Part shown: positions 18,565-27,587 of the stretch, piece by piece
Position numbering within the stretch: position 1 is the first letter of the stretch
Layout of the letters: the number at the start of each line of letters is the position of its first letter
NCBI GenBank assembly: GCA_000991415.1
Contig: LBRM01000001.1
Span: 5,232 to 51,687, forward strand
Source: Candidatus Nomurabacteria bacterium GW2011_GWA1_36_15
GTDB lineage: Bacteria > Patescibacteriota > Minisyncoccia > Phycocordibacterales > UBA9973
Direction of reading: 5' to 3'
DNA: 46,456 nt
Made by a program: the position numbers and the translations under genes
The notes under the pieces: model-generated
What the model was told of the DNA's origin: nothing
Seen by the model: only the letters and a program-made list of their open reading frames with translations
The model's database searches: none

Positions 18565-19062
18565 TTATTTTTTTTCTTCCATCACAATTTCTGAATCAGG
18601 ACTATAGGCATCGGGATCCATTTCAAGAGATGAAACATGTATTCCTTTTACTACAAAATCACTTAAAAATTTTAAAAAATCTTCTCTTTTATTTACCTCT
18701 CCCTTTTCTTTAAAATGTTCAATCGGATGTGCTTCAGGAGTAAATTCAAAATGTCCACGGATTTCTCCGTCGCTGAAGACTCTCAAATGATATTGATCTT
18801 GAAAATCAGTTAATTTCCTCCAACTTAAAACCTGGCCATTATCCGTCCAAGCAATAAAGTGGTTACCGAAACCCCATTTTGAGTGAAGATGCAGTTTAAG
18901 TTCTTCTAAAGTTTTACCCGGGGCCAGCCAACCAATGTGGTATTTTTGCCTTTTATTTTCGTGATGGATGATATGATGTTTCAACAAAAATCTTTGAACG
19001 GGTAGAAAAAATTCATAGACAAAATGCCAAATTTTTTGTTTAATTTTATCGAAAAAAGTCAT
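18565..19062 (-). CDS. Hypothetical protein
   Basis: Long ORF with ordinary protein-like composition. No motif recognised. Confidence 0.5.
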   Translation of the reverse strand: MTFFDKIKQKIWHFVYEFFLPVQRFLLKHHIIHHENKRQKYHIGWLAPGKTLEELKLHLHSKWGFGNHFIAWTDNGQVLSWRKLTDFQDQYHLRVFSDGEIRGHFEFTPEAHPIEHFKEKGEVNKREDFLKFLSDFVVKGIHVSSLEMDPDAYSPDSEIVMEEKK

Positions 19063-19122
19063 ATATTTACTATACCATAAATTCTGAATTGACAGAATGG
19101 ATTTAAAATATATACTTAGGGG

Positions 19123-19839
19123 ATGGAAACAGAAACAAAAGTAGAACTAAATAAATTATCAGTTCCAATGGCTATTATTATAGCTGGTGTATTGGTTGCT
19201 GGAGCAGTATATTTTTCTTCTATTAAACCAAAGGATGCAACGCCAGTAAACCAACAGCCAAATACAGGCAATACTAGTTTAGAAAATGTACGAGCTATAA
19301 ATGAGACAGATCATATCCGCGGAAATATAAATGCACCCATAAAAATAGTGGAGTATTCTGATACTGAATGTCCGTTCTGTAAAAGATTTCACACAACCAT
19401 GCAACGAGTTATGGATGAATACGGTAAAAATAATAAAGTAGCTTGGATTTATCGTCATTCTCCCATAGACACACTTCATTCAAAAGCTAGAAAAGAAGCT
19501 GAAGCAACTGAGTGTGCAAATGAATTAGGTGGTAGTGAAAAATTTTGGGCATATCTTGATCGTATTTATGAAATAACTCCAGCAAATAATGGTCTTGACC
19601 CCAAAGAACTTCCAAATATTGCCCTATATGTAGGATTAAACGTCGCAGATTTTAATACTTGTTTAAATAGTGGTAAATATGCACAACGTATCGAAGAAGA
19701 TTTACAAAATGCTAATGCGACGGGTGGTGGTGGTACTCCATGGAGTATCGTTGTTGCCAAAGATGGCAAAAAATATTCTATAAACGGCGCTCAACCCTAT
19801 GAAATGGTAAAGCAAACCATCGATTCAGCTCTTAAATAA
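19123..19839 (+). CDS. DsbA-family thiol:disulfide oxidoreductase, membrane anchored
   Basis: N-terminal TM and a thioredoxin-fold CPFC active site (DTECPFCKRFH). Confidence 0.85.
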   Translation: METETKVELNKLSVPMAIIIAGVLVAGAVYFSSIKPKDATPVNQQPNTGNTSLENVRAINETDHIRGNINAPIKIVEYSDTECPFCKRFHTTMQRVMDEYGKNNKVAWIYRHSPIDTLHSKARKEAEATECANELGGSEKFWAYLDRIYEITPANNGLDPKELPNIALYVGLNVADFNTCLNSGKYAQRIEEDLQNANATGGGGTPWSIVVAKDGKKYSINGAQPYEMVKQTIDSALK

Positions 19840-19844
19840 AAACC

Positions 19845-20462
19845 ATGGATTCTATATTCAATATCGATTTGCCGATTTTAATTAAAACTATCGGTTATCT
19901 TGGAGTTTTTTTCATCATATTTGCTGAATCTGGATTATTTTTTGGATTTTTTCTACCGGGTGATACTTTATTGTTTACCGCTGGATTATTAGCCTCTCAA
20001 GGTTATTTTAATATTGCTCTACTGGTTTTACTGATTGTCCTGGCAGCTGTTTTAGGTGATCAAATTGGATATTTCTTTGGCAAAAAAGTCGGGCCCAAAA
20101 TTTTTACTCGCGATGAATCATTTTATTTTAAAAAAAGATATATTACCGATGCTGAAAATTTTTATAAAAAACATGGTAAAAAAACCATCATTCTGGCCCG
20201 TTTTATTCCTGTTATCCGTACCTTTGTTCCTATTCTGGCTGGCGTAGGCAAAATGCACTATAAAACTTTTGTTACTTACAACATTATAGGAGGGTTATTA
20301 TGGGGAGCAGGCATAACTTTATCCGGGTATTTTTTAGGCCAAAAAATTCCAGGTATTGACCGATATTTGATCCCAATTCTATTATTGATTATTTTTGTTC
20401 CAATGTTACCGACATTTTTCTCATTCATCTATAATAAAATAAAAAATAATATGCTAAAATGA
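19845..20462 (+). CDS. DedA/SNARE-associated family membrane protein
   Basis: FAESGLFFGFFLPGDTLLFTAG and ARFIPVIRTFVPILAG signatures. Confidence 0.85.
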   Translation: MDSIFNIDLPILIKTIGYLGVFFIIFAESGLFFGFFLPGDTLLFTAGLLASQGYFNIALLVLLIVLAAVLGDQIGYFFGKKVGPKIFTRDESFYFKKRYITDAENFYKKHGKKTIILARFIPVIRTFVPILAGVGKMHYKTFVTYNIIGGLLWGAGITLSGYFLGQKIPGIDRYLIPILLLIIFVPMLPTFFSFIYNKIKNNMLK

Positions 20463-20469
20463 CACTATT

Positions 20470-21438
20470 ATGTATGAGGCAATAAAAAATTTTAATAAAC
20501 AATTTCTCTACGAACCTGAAATAAAAAATCAGGGAAAACTGGCAAAAAAATCTAGTTTCGTTGTAGTAGGAATGGGTGGGTCTGCTCTTTCTCCTTTAAT
20601 ATTGAAAACATGGAAACCAGAGTTTGATATCACCATATATAGAGATTATGGAATATCTGAAATATCTCAAGAAGAATTAAAAAATAAACTCATTATATTA
20701 AGTTCTTATTCCGGCAATTCAGAAGAGGTGGTTAGTGCTTTTGAAAAAGCAAAAAATAAAAATTTAGCTATGGCTGTAATCTCAACCAGTGGTAAATTAT
20801 TATCCTTAGCTAAAGAAAACAACATTCCATATATAGCACTACCGAATACAGACATCCAACCTCGTTCAGCTCTCGGTTATTCCATCAAAGCATTCTTAAA
20901 GCTCATTGGAGAGAAAGATGAGTTAGAAAAAATCAGCCAGTTGGCAACAACCTTAAATCCTGTTGAATACGAAGAAGAAGGGAAAAAATTAGCTAAAAAA
21001 ATAAAAAATCACATCCCTGTTGTTTACGCTTCAAATCATAATGTATCTCTGGCTTATAATTGGAAAATAAAATTAAATGAAACTGGCAAAATTCCTGCTT
21101 TTTATAATGTCTTCCCTGAATTGAATCACAATGAAATGACTGGCTTTGATATAAAAGATGCTACTAAAGAATTGGGTAATAAATTTTATTTTATTATTTT
21201 AAAAGATATAGAAGACAATCCAAAAATTTCAAAGAGGATGGAGGTGTTGGAAAAATTATACAAAGAACGTAATTTACGAGTTGAAGCAATAGAACTCAAG
21301 GGAAAAGACATTTGGCATAAAATTTTTTCTTCTCTTATTTTAGCCGATTGGGTCGCCTACTATACAGCTCTAGGATATGGATTGGAGCCGGAACAAGTGC
21401 CAATGGTGGAAGAATTTAAAAAACTCATTTCAGAATAA
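20470..21438 (+). CDS. Bifunctional phosphoglucose/phosphomannose isomerase-like SIS protein
   Basis: SIS motif VVVGMGGSAL, SYSGNSEE, and a C-terminal ELNHNE motif typical of PGI/PMI. Confidence 0.7.
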   Translation: MYEAIKNFNKQFLYEPEIKNQGKLAKKSSFVVVGMGGSALSPLILKTWKPEFDITIYRDYGISEISQEELKNKLIILSSYSGNSEEVVSAFEKAKNKNLAMAVISTSGKLLSLAKENNIPYIALPNTDIQPRSALGYSIKAFLKLIGEKDELEKISQLATTLNPVEYEEEGKKLAKKIKNHIPVVYASNHNVSLAYNWKIKLNETGKIPAFYNVFPELNHNEMTGFDIKDATKELGNKFYFIILKDIEDNPKISKRMEVLEKLYKERNLRVEAIELKGKDIWHKIFSSLILADWVAYYTALGYGLEPEQVPMVEEFKKLISE

Positions 21439-21450
21439 AAAACAAACAGC

Positions 21451-22041
21451 TTGTTACTTTCTAAAAAATGTGCCACAATAACTAGCGACAAATTAGAAAG
21501 GATAAAAATGAAGTTCTTTATGATAATTGTGCTCCTTTCTTTTTGGGAGAAAGAAGCTATTGAACAAAAAATTTCAAGAAATAATCTTGAAATAAAAAAC
21601 TATATCTTTTTGAGTGATTTTTTTGAGCAAGATGCCAAAAAAACTCAAAAATACTGGCATGGGATTGCCAACGGTTTGGAAAAAATGGTTTTTATAGATA
21701 TAAAAAATCAACAACTGAGTGTTTTGGAATTTGCTGATACTTTCCAGGTGATTTTACAAACAAAAATTTCCAGTGGAAAATTTAAGGGTTCAACTCCTGC
21801 GGGTGAGTTTAAAATTCTTAAAAAAAGACTGTTCCGTCCATCGTATCGTCACGGAGGAGTAATGACTCATTGGAATTGTTTGACAAGAGACGAGGCTATT
21901 GGAATACATGGTCTTAGAGATATCAGTTATGAAAAAAATCTTGGACGGCCGGCATCTCACGGCTGTATAAGGATAAGCAAAAGTGTTGAAAAAATCTTCT
22001 ACTCTCTTGCGCCAATCGGCACAAAAGTGTTGATTGAATGA
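21451..22041 (+). CDS. L,D-transpeptidase (YkuD fold)
   Basis: IHG....SHGCIRIS catalytic motif. The likely true start is the internal MKFFMIIVLL signal sequence (about 21505). Confidence 0.8.
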   Translation: MLLSKKCATITSDKLERIKMKFFMIIVLLSFWEKEAIEQKISRNNLEIKNYIFLSDFFEQDAKKTQKYWHGIANGLEKMVFIDIKNQQLSVLEFADTFQVILQTKISSGKFKGSTPAGEFKILKKRLFRPSYRHGGVMTHWNCLTRDEAIGIHGLRDISYEKNLGRPASHGCIRISKSVEKIFYSLAPIGTKVLIE

Positions 22042-22056
22042 GACTAAAAAAAATGA

Positions 22057-22090
22057 AACCGGCTTGATTTCCAATCAGACCGGTTTTTTA
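22057..22090 (+). terminator. Rho-independent terminator after the L,D-transpeptidase gene
   Basis: ACCGG (22058-22062) pairs with CCGGT (22080-22084), with an inner TTGATT/AATCAG helix, followed by a T-run. Confidence 0.65.
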
Positions 22091-22167
22091 TTTTTTTAAC
22101 ACCCCCAAAAAATAAAAACTGGTGGGGCGAGGCAACAATCTCCCAAAATCTGGATTCGGATAAATTG

Positions 22168-22255
22168 CGGAAGGTATGGGAGTCGAACCCATAGAGGAGT
22201 TTTAAGTTCCTCACGGTTTAGCAAACCGTTGCCTTACCATTCGGCGCAACCTTCC
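22168..22255 (-). tRNA. tRNA-Ser (anticodon GCU), class II
   Basis: Acceptor GGAAGGT/ACCTTCC, anticodon stem ACGGT/ACCGT with loop TTGCTAA, long variable arm GAGGA..TCCTC, T arm ATGGG-TTCGACT-CCCAT. Confidence 0.85.
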
Positions 22256-22337
22256 ATTTTCGTATTTAAAAATAACTTTATCACTCTATCATATTTTTAC
22301 AATATTTTCATTTTTCTGTTATACTTTTTTAGTATAA

Positions 22338-22424
22338 GGAGAGATGGGTGAGTGGTTTAAACCAACAGTTTACTAAACTGTCGTCCCCTTAAAAGGACCG
22401 CGAGTTCGAATCTCGCTTTCTCCG
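22338..22424 (+). tRNA. Class II tRNA-Ser-like gene with apparent anticodon ACU
   Basis: Acceptor GGAGAGA/TTTCTCC (one G-U pair), D arm GGT/ACC, anticodon stem ACAGT/ACTGT with loop TTACTAA, long variable arm GTCC..GGAC, T arm GCGAG-TTCGAAT-CTCGC. The anticodon read is unusual. Confidence 0.7.
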
Positions 22425-22425
22425 C

Positions 22426-24594
22426 ATGGAACTGGCTGACAGATTGGAAACAAAATTTCGGTTAGATGCCAATCAAAAAAAAGCTTTGAATAAACTAGGT
22501 CTTTTTTCCGTTCATGACTTACTTTTTCACTTCCCTGCTAGATACAGCGATGTAAGTAAAGTAAAACTAATAACAGAATTAACTCCCGGAGAAACAGCCA
22601 CGGTTTTTGGAAAAATCTCAAAATTAAAAACTAGAAAAGGTTTTCGCTCTAAAATTCCAATGGCCGAAGGAGAAATTGAAGATTCTTCTGGAAAAATAAA
22701 AATTATTTGGTTCAATCAAGCTTATTTAGCTAAAATGATTCACTCCGGTGAGAATGTAAAATTAACTGGACATGTAACTAAGGGTAAATATGGTTTATAT
22801 CTGGCTAATCCAGAATTTGAAAGAACTCCAGATATATCAATAGACGCTCACAACACTTTGTTTTCTGCCAAAAACGAAAAAGAAAGCGGCAAAGGATTTT
22901 CTTACCCTATCTATCACGAAACAAGAGGCATAACTTCCAAATGGTTTTATCATGCTATAGAAAAAATATTAAGAGAAAAAACTTTGGATAACATAGAAGA
23001 CTACATTCCAGAAGATATTTTAAAAAAATATAAGTTGCCAACCCTGAAAACATCTTTAATTTGGATCCATAAACCCAAAAACATGCGTGATGCGGAATCC
23101 GCCCGGAAAAGATTCGCTTTTGAAGAAGTTTTTTGTATTCAGTTGGAACGTCAGCACGACAAATTTGAATATAGGAAAAATAAATCTTTTCAAATAAAAG
23201 CGGACGAGAAGGACAAAGAAGAATTTGTAAAACGTTTCCCTTTCACTCCAACTAATTCTCAAAAAAAATCAGTCCAAACTATTTTAGAAGATATGGGTAA
23301 AAGTTTTCCAATGTCCAGACTCTTGGAAGGCGATGTCGGGAGTGGAAAAACTGCAGTGGCGGCTACGGCCTCATATATGGTAGTAAAACAAAGACCAAAT
23401 GGACAGGGTTTTGGTAATTTACAGACAGCTTATATGGCACCTACAGAAATCTTAGCAATTCAGCATTTTGAATCTTTTATACAGTATTTTAAGCACTTAC
23501 CAATGAACATCGGACTTATTACCGGTTCTGGTTGTCGCAAATTCCCCTCTAAAGTAAATCCTTCCGGTTGGACTGATATTTCTAGAGCGCAACTTCTAAA
23601 ATGGACGGCAAACGGGGAAATACCGATTTTAATAGGCACCCACGCTCTTATCCAAAAATCTATCAAATTCAAAAATTTGGCTCTGGTGGTAATAGACGAA
23701 CAACACCGATTCGGCACAGCTCAAAGGAGGAAATTAGTCAGAAAGGACAATATTGGACCTCATTTACTTTCTATGACAGCTACTCCAATTCCTCGTACTT
23801 TAGCCCTTACAATTTACGGAGACCTTGATCTCTCCCTATTAGATGAAATGCCAGCTGGAAGAAAACAAATAATTACAGAAATTATTACACCAAATAAACG
23901 AAATGAAACTTATGAAAAAATTAGAGAAGAATTAAAAAATGGTAGACAGCTTTATGTTATTTGTCCAAGAATAGAAGAACCAGACCCAACTAAAGAAATG
24001 GCAGTTCAAGCAAAGTCTGCCATAGCAGAAGCTAAACGTTTAAAAAAAGAAGTCTTTAGAGAATACGAGATCGAGGTACTTCATTCAAAAATGAGTAAAC
24101 AGAAAAAGGAAGCTGTCATGAAAGATTTTACGGAAAATAAAATTCATATATTATGCGCGACTTCGGTAGTGGAAGTGGGAGTAAATGTGCCAAATGCCAC
24201 AATGATAATTATTGAAGGGGCAGAAAGATTTGGCTTGGCTCAACTTCATCAGCTTCGTGGACGGGTAATTAGAAGTAATCATCAAGCATATTGTTATGTT
24301 TTTGCAGACTCTAAATCTCAAAAAACGACAGATAGATTGAAGGCACTAAAAACTGCTAAAAATGGTTTTGAATTAGCGGAATTAGATCTTACTTTGCGTG
24401 GCTCTGGGGAACTCGGGGGTACGAAACAGTGGGGTATTTCTGATCTCGGAATGGAAGCCATAAAAAATATAAAAATGGTAGAAGCTGCTCGCACTGAAGC
24501 TATCCGTTTAATTTCCGAAGACCCTGAACTTTTGAAATATCCCCTACTAAAAAATAAAGTTCACGAAAAAGCCGGCGAATTTCATTTTGAGTAA
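22426..24594 (+). CDS. recG: ATP-dependent DNA helicase RecG
   Basis: N-terminal wedge/OB domain, helicase motif I GDVGSGKT, motif II DEQHRFG, and the TATPIPRTL and QLRGRVGR-like (QLRGRVIR) motifs. The ORF starts 2 nt after the tRNA, so the true start may be downstream. Confidence 0.9.
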   Translation: MELADRLETKFRLDANQKKALNKLGLFSVHDLLFHFPARYSDVSKVKLITELTPGETATVFGKISKLKTRKGFRSKIPMAEGEIEDSSGKIKIIWFNQAYLAKMIHSGENVKLTGHVTKGKYGLYLANPEFERTPDISIDAHNTLFSAKNEKESGKGFSYPIYHETRGITSKWFYHAIEKILREKTLDNIEDYIPEDILKKYKLPTLKTSLIWIHKPKNMRDAESARKRFAFEEVFCIQLERQHDKFEYRKNKSFQIKADEKDKEEFVKRFPFTPTNSQKKSVQTILEDMGKSFPMSRLLEGDVGSGKTAVAATASYMVVKQRPNGQGFGNLQTAYMAPTEILAIQHFESFIQYFKHLPMNIGLITGSGCRKFPSKVNPSGWTDISRAQLLKWTANGEIPILIGTHALIQKSIKFKNLALVVIDEQHRFGTAQRRKLVRKDNIGPHLLSMTATPIPRTLALTIYGDLDLSLLDEMPAGRKQIITEIITPNKRNETYEKIREELKNGRQLYVICPRIEEPDPTKEMAVQAKSAIAEAKRLKKEVFREYEIEVLHSKMSKQKKEAVMKDFTENKIHILCATSVVEVGVNVPNATMIIIEGAERFGLAQLHQLRGRVIRSNHQAYCYVFADSKSQKTTDRLKALKTAKNGFELAELDLTLRGSGELGGTKQWGISDLGMEAIKNIKMVEAARTEAIRLISEDPELLKYPLLKNKVHEKAGEFHFE

Positions 24595-24600
24595 AAAGCC

Positions 24601-25254
24601 TTATTTTTTAAGCCAGAATTGTTTTATTTGTTGGAATTTTTCAATACGTTTGTCTGTTTTTAATATTTCTTTTGGATAAAACTCCAACATAGTATCACAA
24701 AGTTCAAGCATCCAAGATTTTCTAGTTAGTTTTTCATTTATTGAAATAAAGTTGGAATTTGCTATTTGTATTTGCCCCCAACCTAAAGCCCCAATTGTAA
24801 GACAACCCCAATTCATATTTTCAATAGGTGTAAAATGAACATCTTTAATAACTAAAGCATTATTTAGTACTTCATAAGAAACCAAAAGAAGTGTAAAATA
24901 ATTACTATCATCCTCATAAAATCTCGATAATCTTTCAACAGAAGTAAGATTAGGCATATTGAATTTAGTATCAAGACGATGAGTTTTTACATCAATTATG
25001 TAATAGTTTCCTAATTTATCTTCAAAAGCTAAGTCTGCCATAGCTCGTCTAGCGAAACTTGAATTAAAATTTTTTCCGTCTTCACCAATAAATTTATGAA
25101 AGTTATCTTGAAGTAAGTCTTGAATTGCATCACCGACAGCTCTGGGACTATTTACCGTTCTTTCACCTAAAAAGTCTTTTTGGTGATTAAGAAAATCTTT
25201 TATTTTTTTCTCAATTGTTTTGTGGTTATTTTTCTGGAAAAAGTTTTGGTTCAT
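24601..25254 (-). CDS. Type II restriction endonuclease (PD-(D/E)XK fold)
   Basis: An ADLAF...YIIDVKTH arrangement (D...(D/E)xK). It overlaps the 3' end of the upstream methyltransferase gene by 29 nt. Specificity is unknown. Confidence 0.6.
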   Translation of the reverse strand: MNQNFFQKNNHKTIEKKIKDFLNHQKDFLGERTVNSPRAVGDAIQDLLQDNFHKFIGEDGKNFNSSFARRAMADLAFEDKLGNYYIIDVKTHRLDTKFNMPNLTSVERLSRFYEDDSNYFTLLLVSYEVLNNALVIKDVHFTPIENMNWGCLTIGALGWGQIQIANSNFISINEKLTRKSWMLELCDTMLEFYPKEILKTDKRIEKFQQIKQFWLKK

Positions 25255-26281
25255 AAATATTATTTTTAGATCTAGTACGACCTTTTACAACATTATCTTT
25301 TTGTATATTCAAAGAATTTCTTTCCCAAAAAATTCCACCAGAATAACCCTGAATACTTTTTTCAGTATCAGCTAGAATTATTCTCTTTTCAGATAAACAG
25401 CAATACTCTTTATTCATTTCAACACCGATGTATTTTCTATTCAATTTTTTAGCTACTACAGAAGTGGTACCTGAACCAAGAAACGGATCAAAAACAACTT
25501 CATTTTCATTTGTAGAAGCAAGAATAATCTTTGCTACTAATTTTTCTGGTTTCTGGGTTGGATGATCTGTATTTTCAGGCATAGACCAAAAAGGTATAGT
25601 AATATCTGTCCATAGATTCGATGGATATGTTAAACGAAACTTACCTTCTTCATTTTCTGTCCAGTCTTTAGCGACTCCATTTTCTTTATATGGAGCAATT
25701 ACTTTTTTCTTTATTTTTACGGCTTCAACATTAAAACAGTATTTATTAGAGACAGTTGCAAACCAAATATCTTCTGAACAATTTTTCCAATTACTTAAAG
25801 CTCCTCTACCTTTTTCTCGTTCCCAAGTTATTCTATTACGAACCGTTAGATATTTATTAAGTACTGAATAAATACTTGTAGAACTTTTCCAATCACAACA
25901 AACATAAACCGAAGCGGTGTTTTTTAAAGTGTGTTTAATGCTTAAAAACCATTTTTCAAATGTTCTTTCATAATCCTTGTCGCTTTTTTCTTTAAATTGA
26001 TTATTCCCAAAATCTTTATTTAGATTATATGGTGGGTCGATAAACAAAAGATCAACAAAATGTTTTGGTAATTTTTCTGCTACATCTTCAAGCGCACCAT
26101 AAATAGTTTTATTTAAAAAATTATTAGAACTTGTATCTTTTACCGAAAGTAATCTTTTCTCAAATTTTAAAACTTCTTCCTTAGAAACGAACGTCGTTCG
26201 ATTATTTTTAGCACGAATTTTATTTTTGGCTGTTTTGTCAGTTCTGCTATCTTTAGCAGACTTAATTATTTTATTTTTCAT
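25226..26281 (-). CDS. DNA methyltransferase, beta-class amino-MTase (N6-A or N4-C)
   Basis: Motif IV DLLFIDPPYN precedes motif I FDPFLGSGTT (beta permutation). There is a Lys-rich N-terminal extension. Confidence 0.85.
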   Translation of the reverse strand: MKNKIIKSAKDSRTDKTAKNKIRAKNNRTTFVSKEEVLKFEKRLLSVKDTSSNNFLNKTIYGALEDVAEKLPKHFVDLLFIDPPYNLNKDFGNNQFKEKSDKDYERTFEKWFLSIKHTLKNTASVYVCCDWKSSTSIYSVLNKYLTVRNRITWEREKGRGALSNWKNCSEDIWFATVSNKYCFNVEAVKIKKKVIAPYKENGVAKDWTENEEGKFRLTYPSNLWTDITIPFWSMPENTDHPTQKPEKLVAKIILASTNENEVVFDPFLGSGTTSVVAKKLNRKYIGVEMNKEYCCLSEKRIILADTEKSIQGYSGGIFWERNSLNIQKDNVVKGRTRSKNNIYEPKLFPEK

Positions 26282-26282
26282 A

Positions 26283-26410
26283 CAGGGATGGGTTTTGCTG
26301 GCTTAAAACATAAAGCTCCTCGCCAGCGATAGTATTACTACTACCCATAGCCTTTCGGCTACGACCCATCCCTGAGTACTCTGACGAGGAGTTTAATATC
26401 AAGGATGGGT
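26283..26410 (-). promoter_or_regulatory. Structured RNA leader of the R-M operon (four-way junction with alternative pairing)
   Basis: Read on the minus strand. P1 is CAGGGATGGGT/ACCCATCCCTG (26364-26374 with 26283-26293) and ends 1 nt before the MTase ATG. Hairpins are TAGCC-GAAA-GGCTA (26348-26361), GTAGTA-GTAA-TACTAT (26329-26344) and GCTGGC/GCCAGC (26297-26327). An upstream ACCCATCC (26403-26410) can compete for the P1 5' strand. Confidence 0.55.
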
Positions 26411-26539
26411 ATTTTTTGCCATGCTCTAAATTGCTTTAAGGTTTAGGCTTTACTATTAAATTTTACTATTAAAGTATAACAGATTTTAGAAAAATAAAAA
26501 ATCAAAAAAGGGGCAATCTTATTCTTGGATAAAATAAAT

Positions 26540-27580
26540 TTATAATATACTCCTTAAATATTCTATAGATTTTTTCTTTATATCTTCAGTGATATCTGGT
26601 TGTACTATGCCATTCTGTCCTGTACTATTAGTTTTATGAGCTAAAGAACCTCTAATATCAAACATTGATATTCCTTCTATCTTATGTTCTTTGAGCCCAC
26701 TTACCGCATTTTCATCTGCTTTTTGGTATAATTGCAAAAAATAATCTGTGGATGAAACACCAAAAATAACATAATTTATTTCCGCATGAGACGAATTCCC
26801 TAAAACACCATTCAGCACTGAACCAATACATGTTGCACCATTACTATCTCTAAAAACATTATATATTTTTTGTCCAACTCCTAATTCTATAAAGTATGGG
26901 TCATGAGTAGTTAGAATTACATTAATATTATTTTTTGATATTTCAAATAGTGCATTATATAAACTTCTTTTTAATTTTGGGTGTAAATATATTTCTGGCT
27001 CTTCAAAAATAAGAAACAATTCGTTGTTTTGTGTATGAGCTTTTCCTAATTCTTGTAAGATGGCAACAATAATTAGTCTTTGCGTGCCTTGTCCAACTTC
27101 TTCTATTTTTAAATCACAACCTGTACCATAACTATCTTTTACAATAGAATTCAATATTTTTTTCGATATTTCATCTTTTATAACTTTTTTTACATCAACC
27201 TCATTCAATTTTTTAACTCCTAATTCTAGTTTTATGTTCTCAACATTAAAAGAATCAAAAGTTTTAGATATTTTATTTAAAAAGTCTTCTACATCTTTAT
27301 AATTTACATCTGGCAATTTATCTAAAGTAATATTTACTAATTTAGAAAAAGCATCTCTCATTGGGTCTTCTTTTGCAGCTGTTTTAAGATGTTCTTGTGC
27401 TTGTATTTTTTCCGCAGGTATATAAATAGTTTGTTCTTCAGGTAAGACACTTTTTAAGGCTTTCATAAGATTTGTCTTCCCAGCATTATTTTCACCAGCA
27501 AATATTGTGTATTTGCCTAGTTCAAATTTTATTTCTTTCGTAATACTACTATTCTCTTGTGGAGGTATTTTAATATTCAT
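26540..27580 (-). CDS. ABC/OLD-type (AAA_15/21-like) ATPase, stand-alone
   Basis: Walker A FAGENNAGKTN, signature-like GQGTQRL, Walker B LFLIFEEPEIYLHP, H-loop TTHD. No Toprim or nuclease motif was recognised in the ~100-aa C-terminus. Confidence 0.7.
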   Translation of the reverse strand: MNIKIPPQENSSITKEIKFELGKYTIFAGENNAGKTNLMKALKSVLPEEQTIYIPAEKIQAQEHLKTAAKEDPMRDAFSKLVNITLDKLPDVNYKDVEDFLNKISKTFDSFNVENIKLELGVKKLNEVDVKKVIKDEISKKILNSIVKDSYGTGCDLKIEEVGQGTQRLIIVAILQELGKAHTQNNELFLIFEEPEIYLHPKLKRSLYNALFEISKNNINVILTTHDPYFIELGVGQKIYNVFRDSNGATCIGSVLNGVLGNSSHAEINYVIFGVSSTDYFLQLYQKADENAVSGLKEHKIEGISMFDIRGSLAHKTNSTGQNGIVQPDITEDIKKKSIEYLRSIL

Positions 27581-27587
27581 TTTTTTG

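Noticed and set aside
26382-26389. CTGACGAG on the plus strand, resembling the hammerhead CUGANGA box
   Set aside because: No GAAA box or matching stems I-III exist on that strand in any circular permutation, and the GNRA loops indicate the opposite strand is the functional one.
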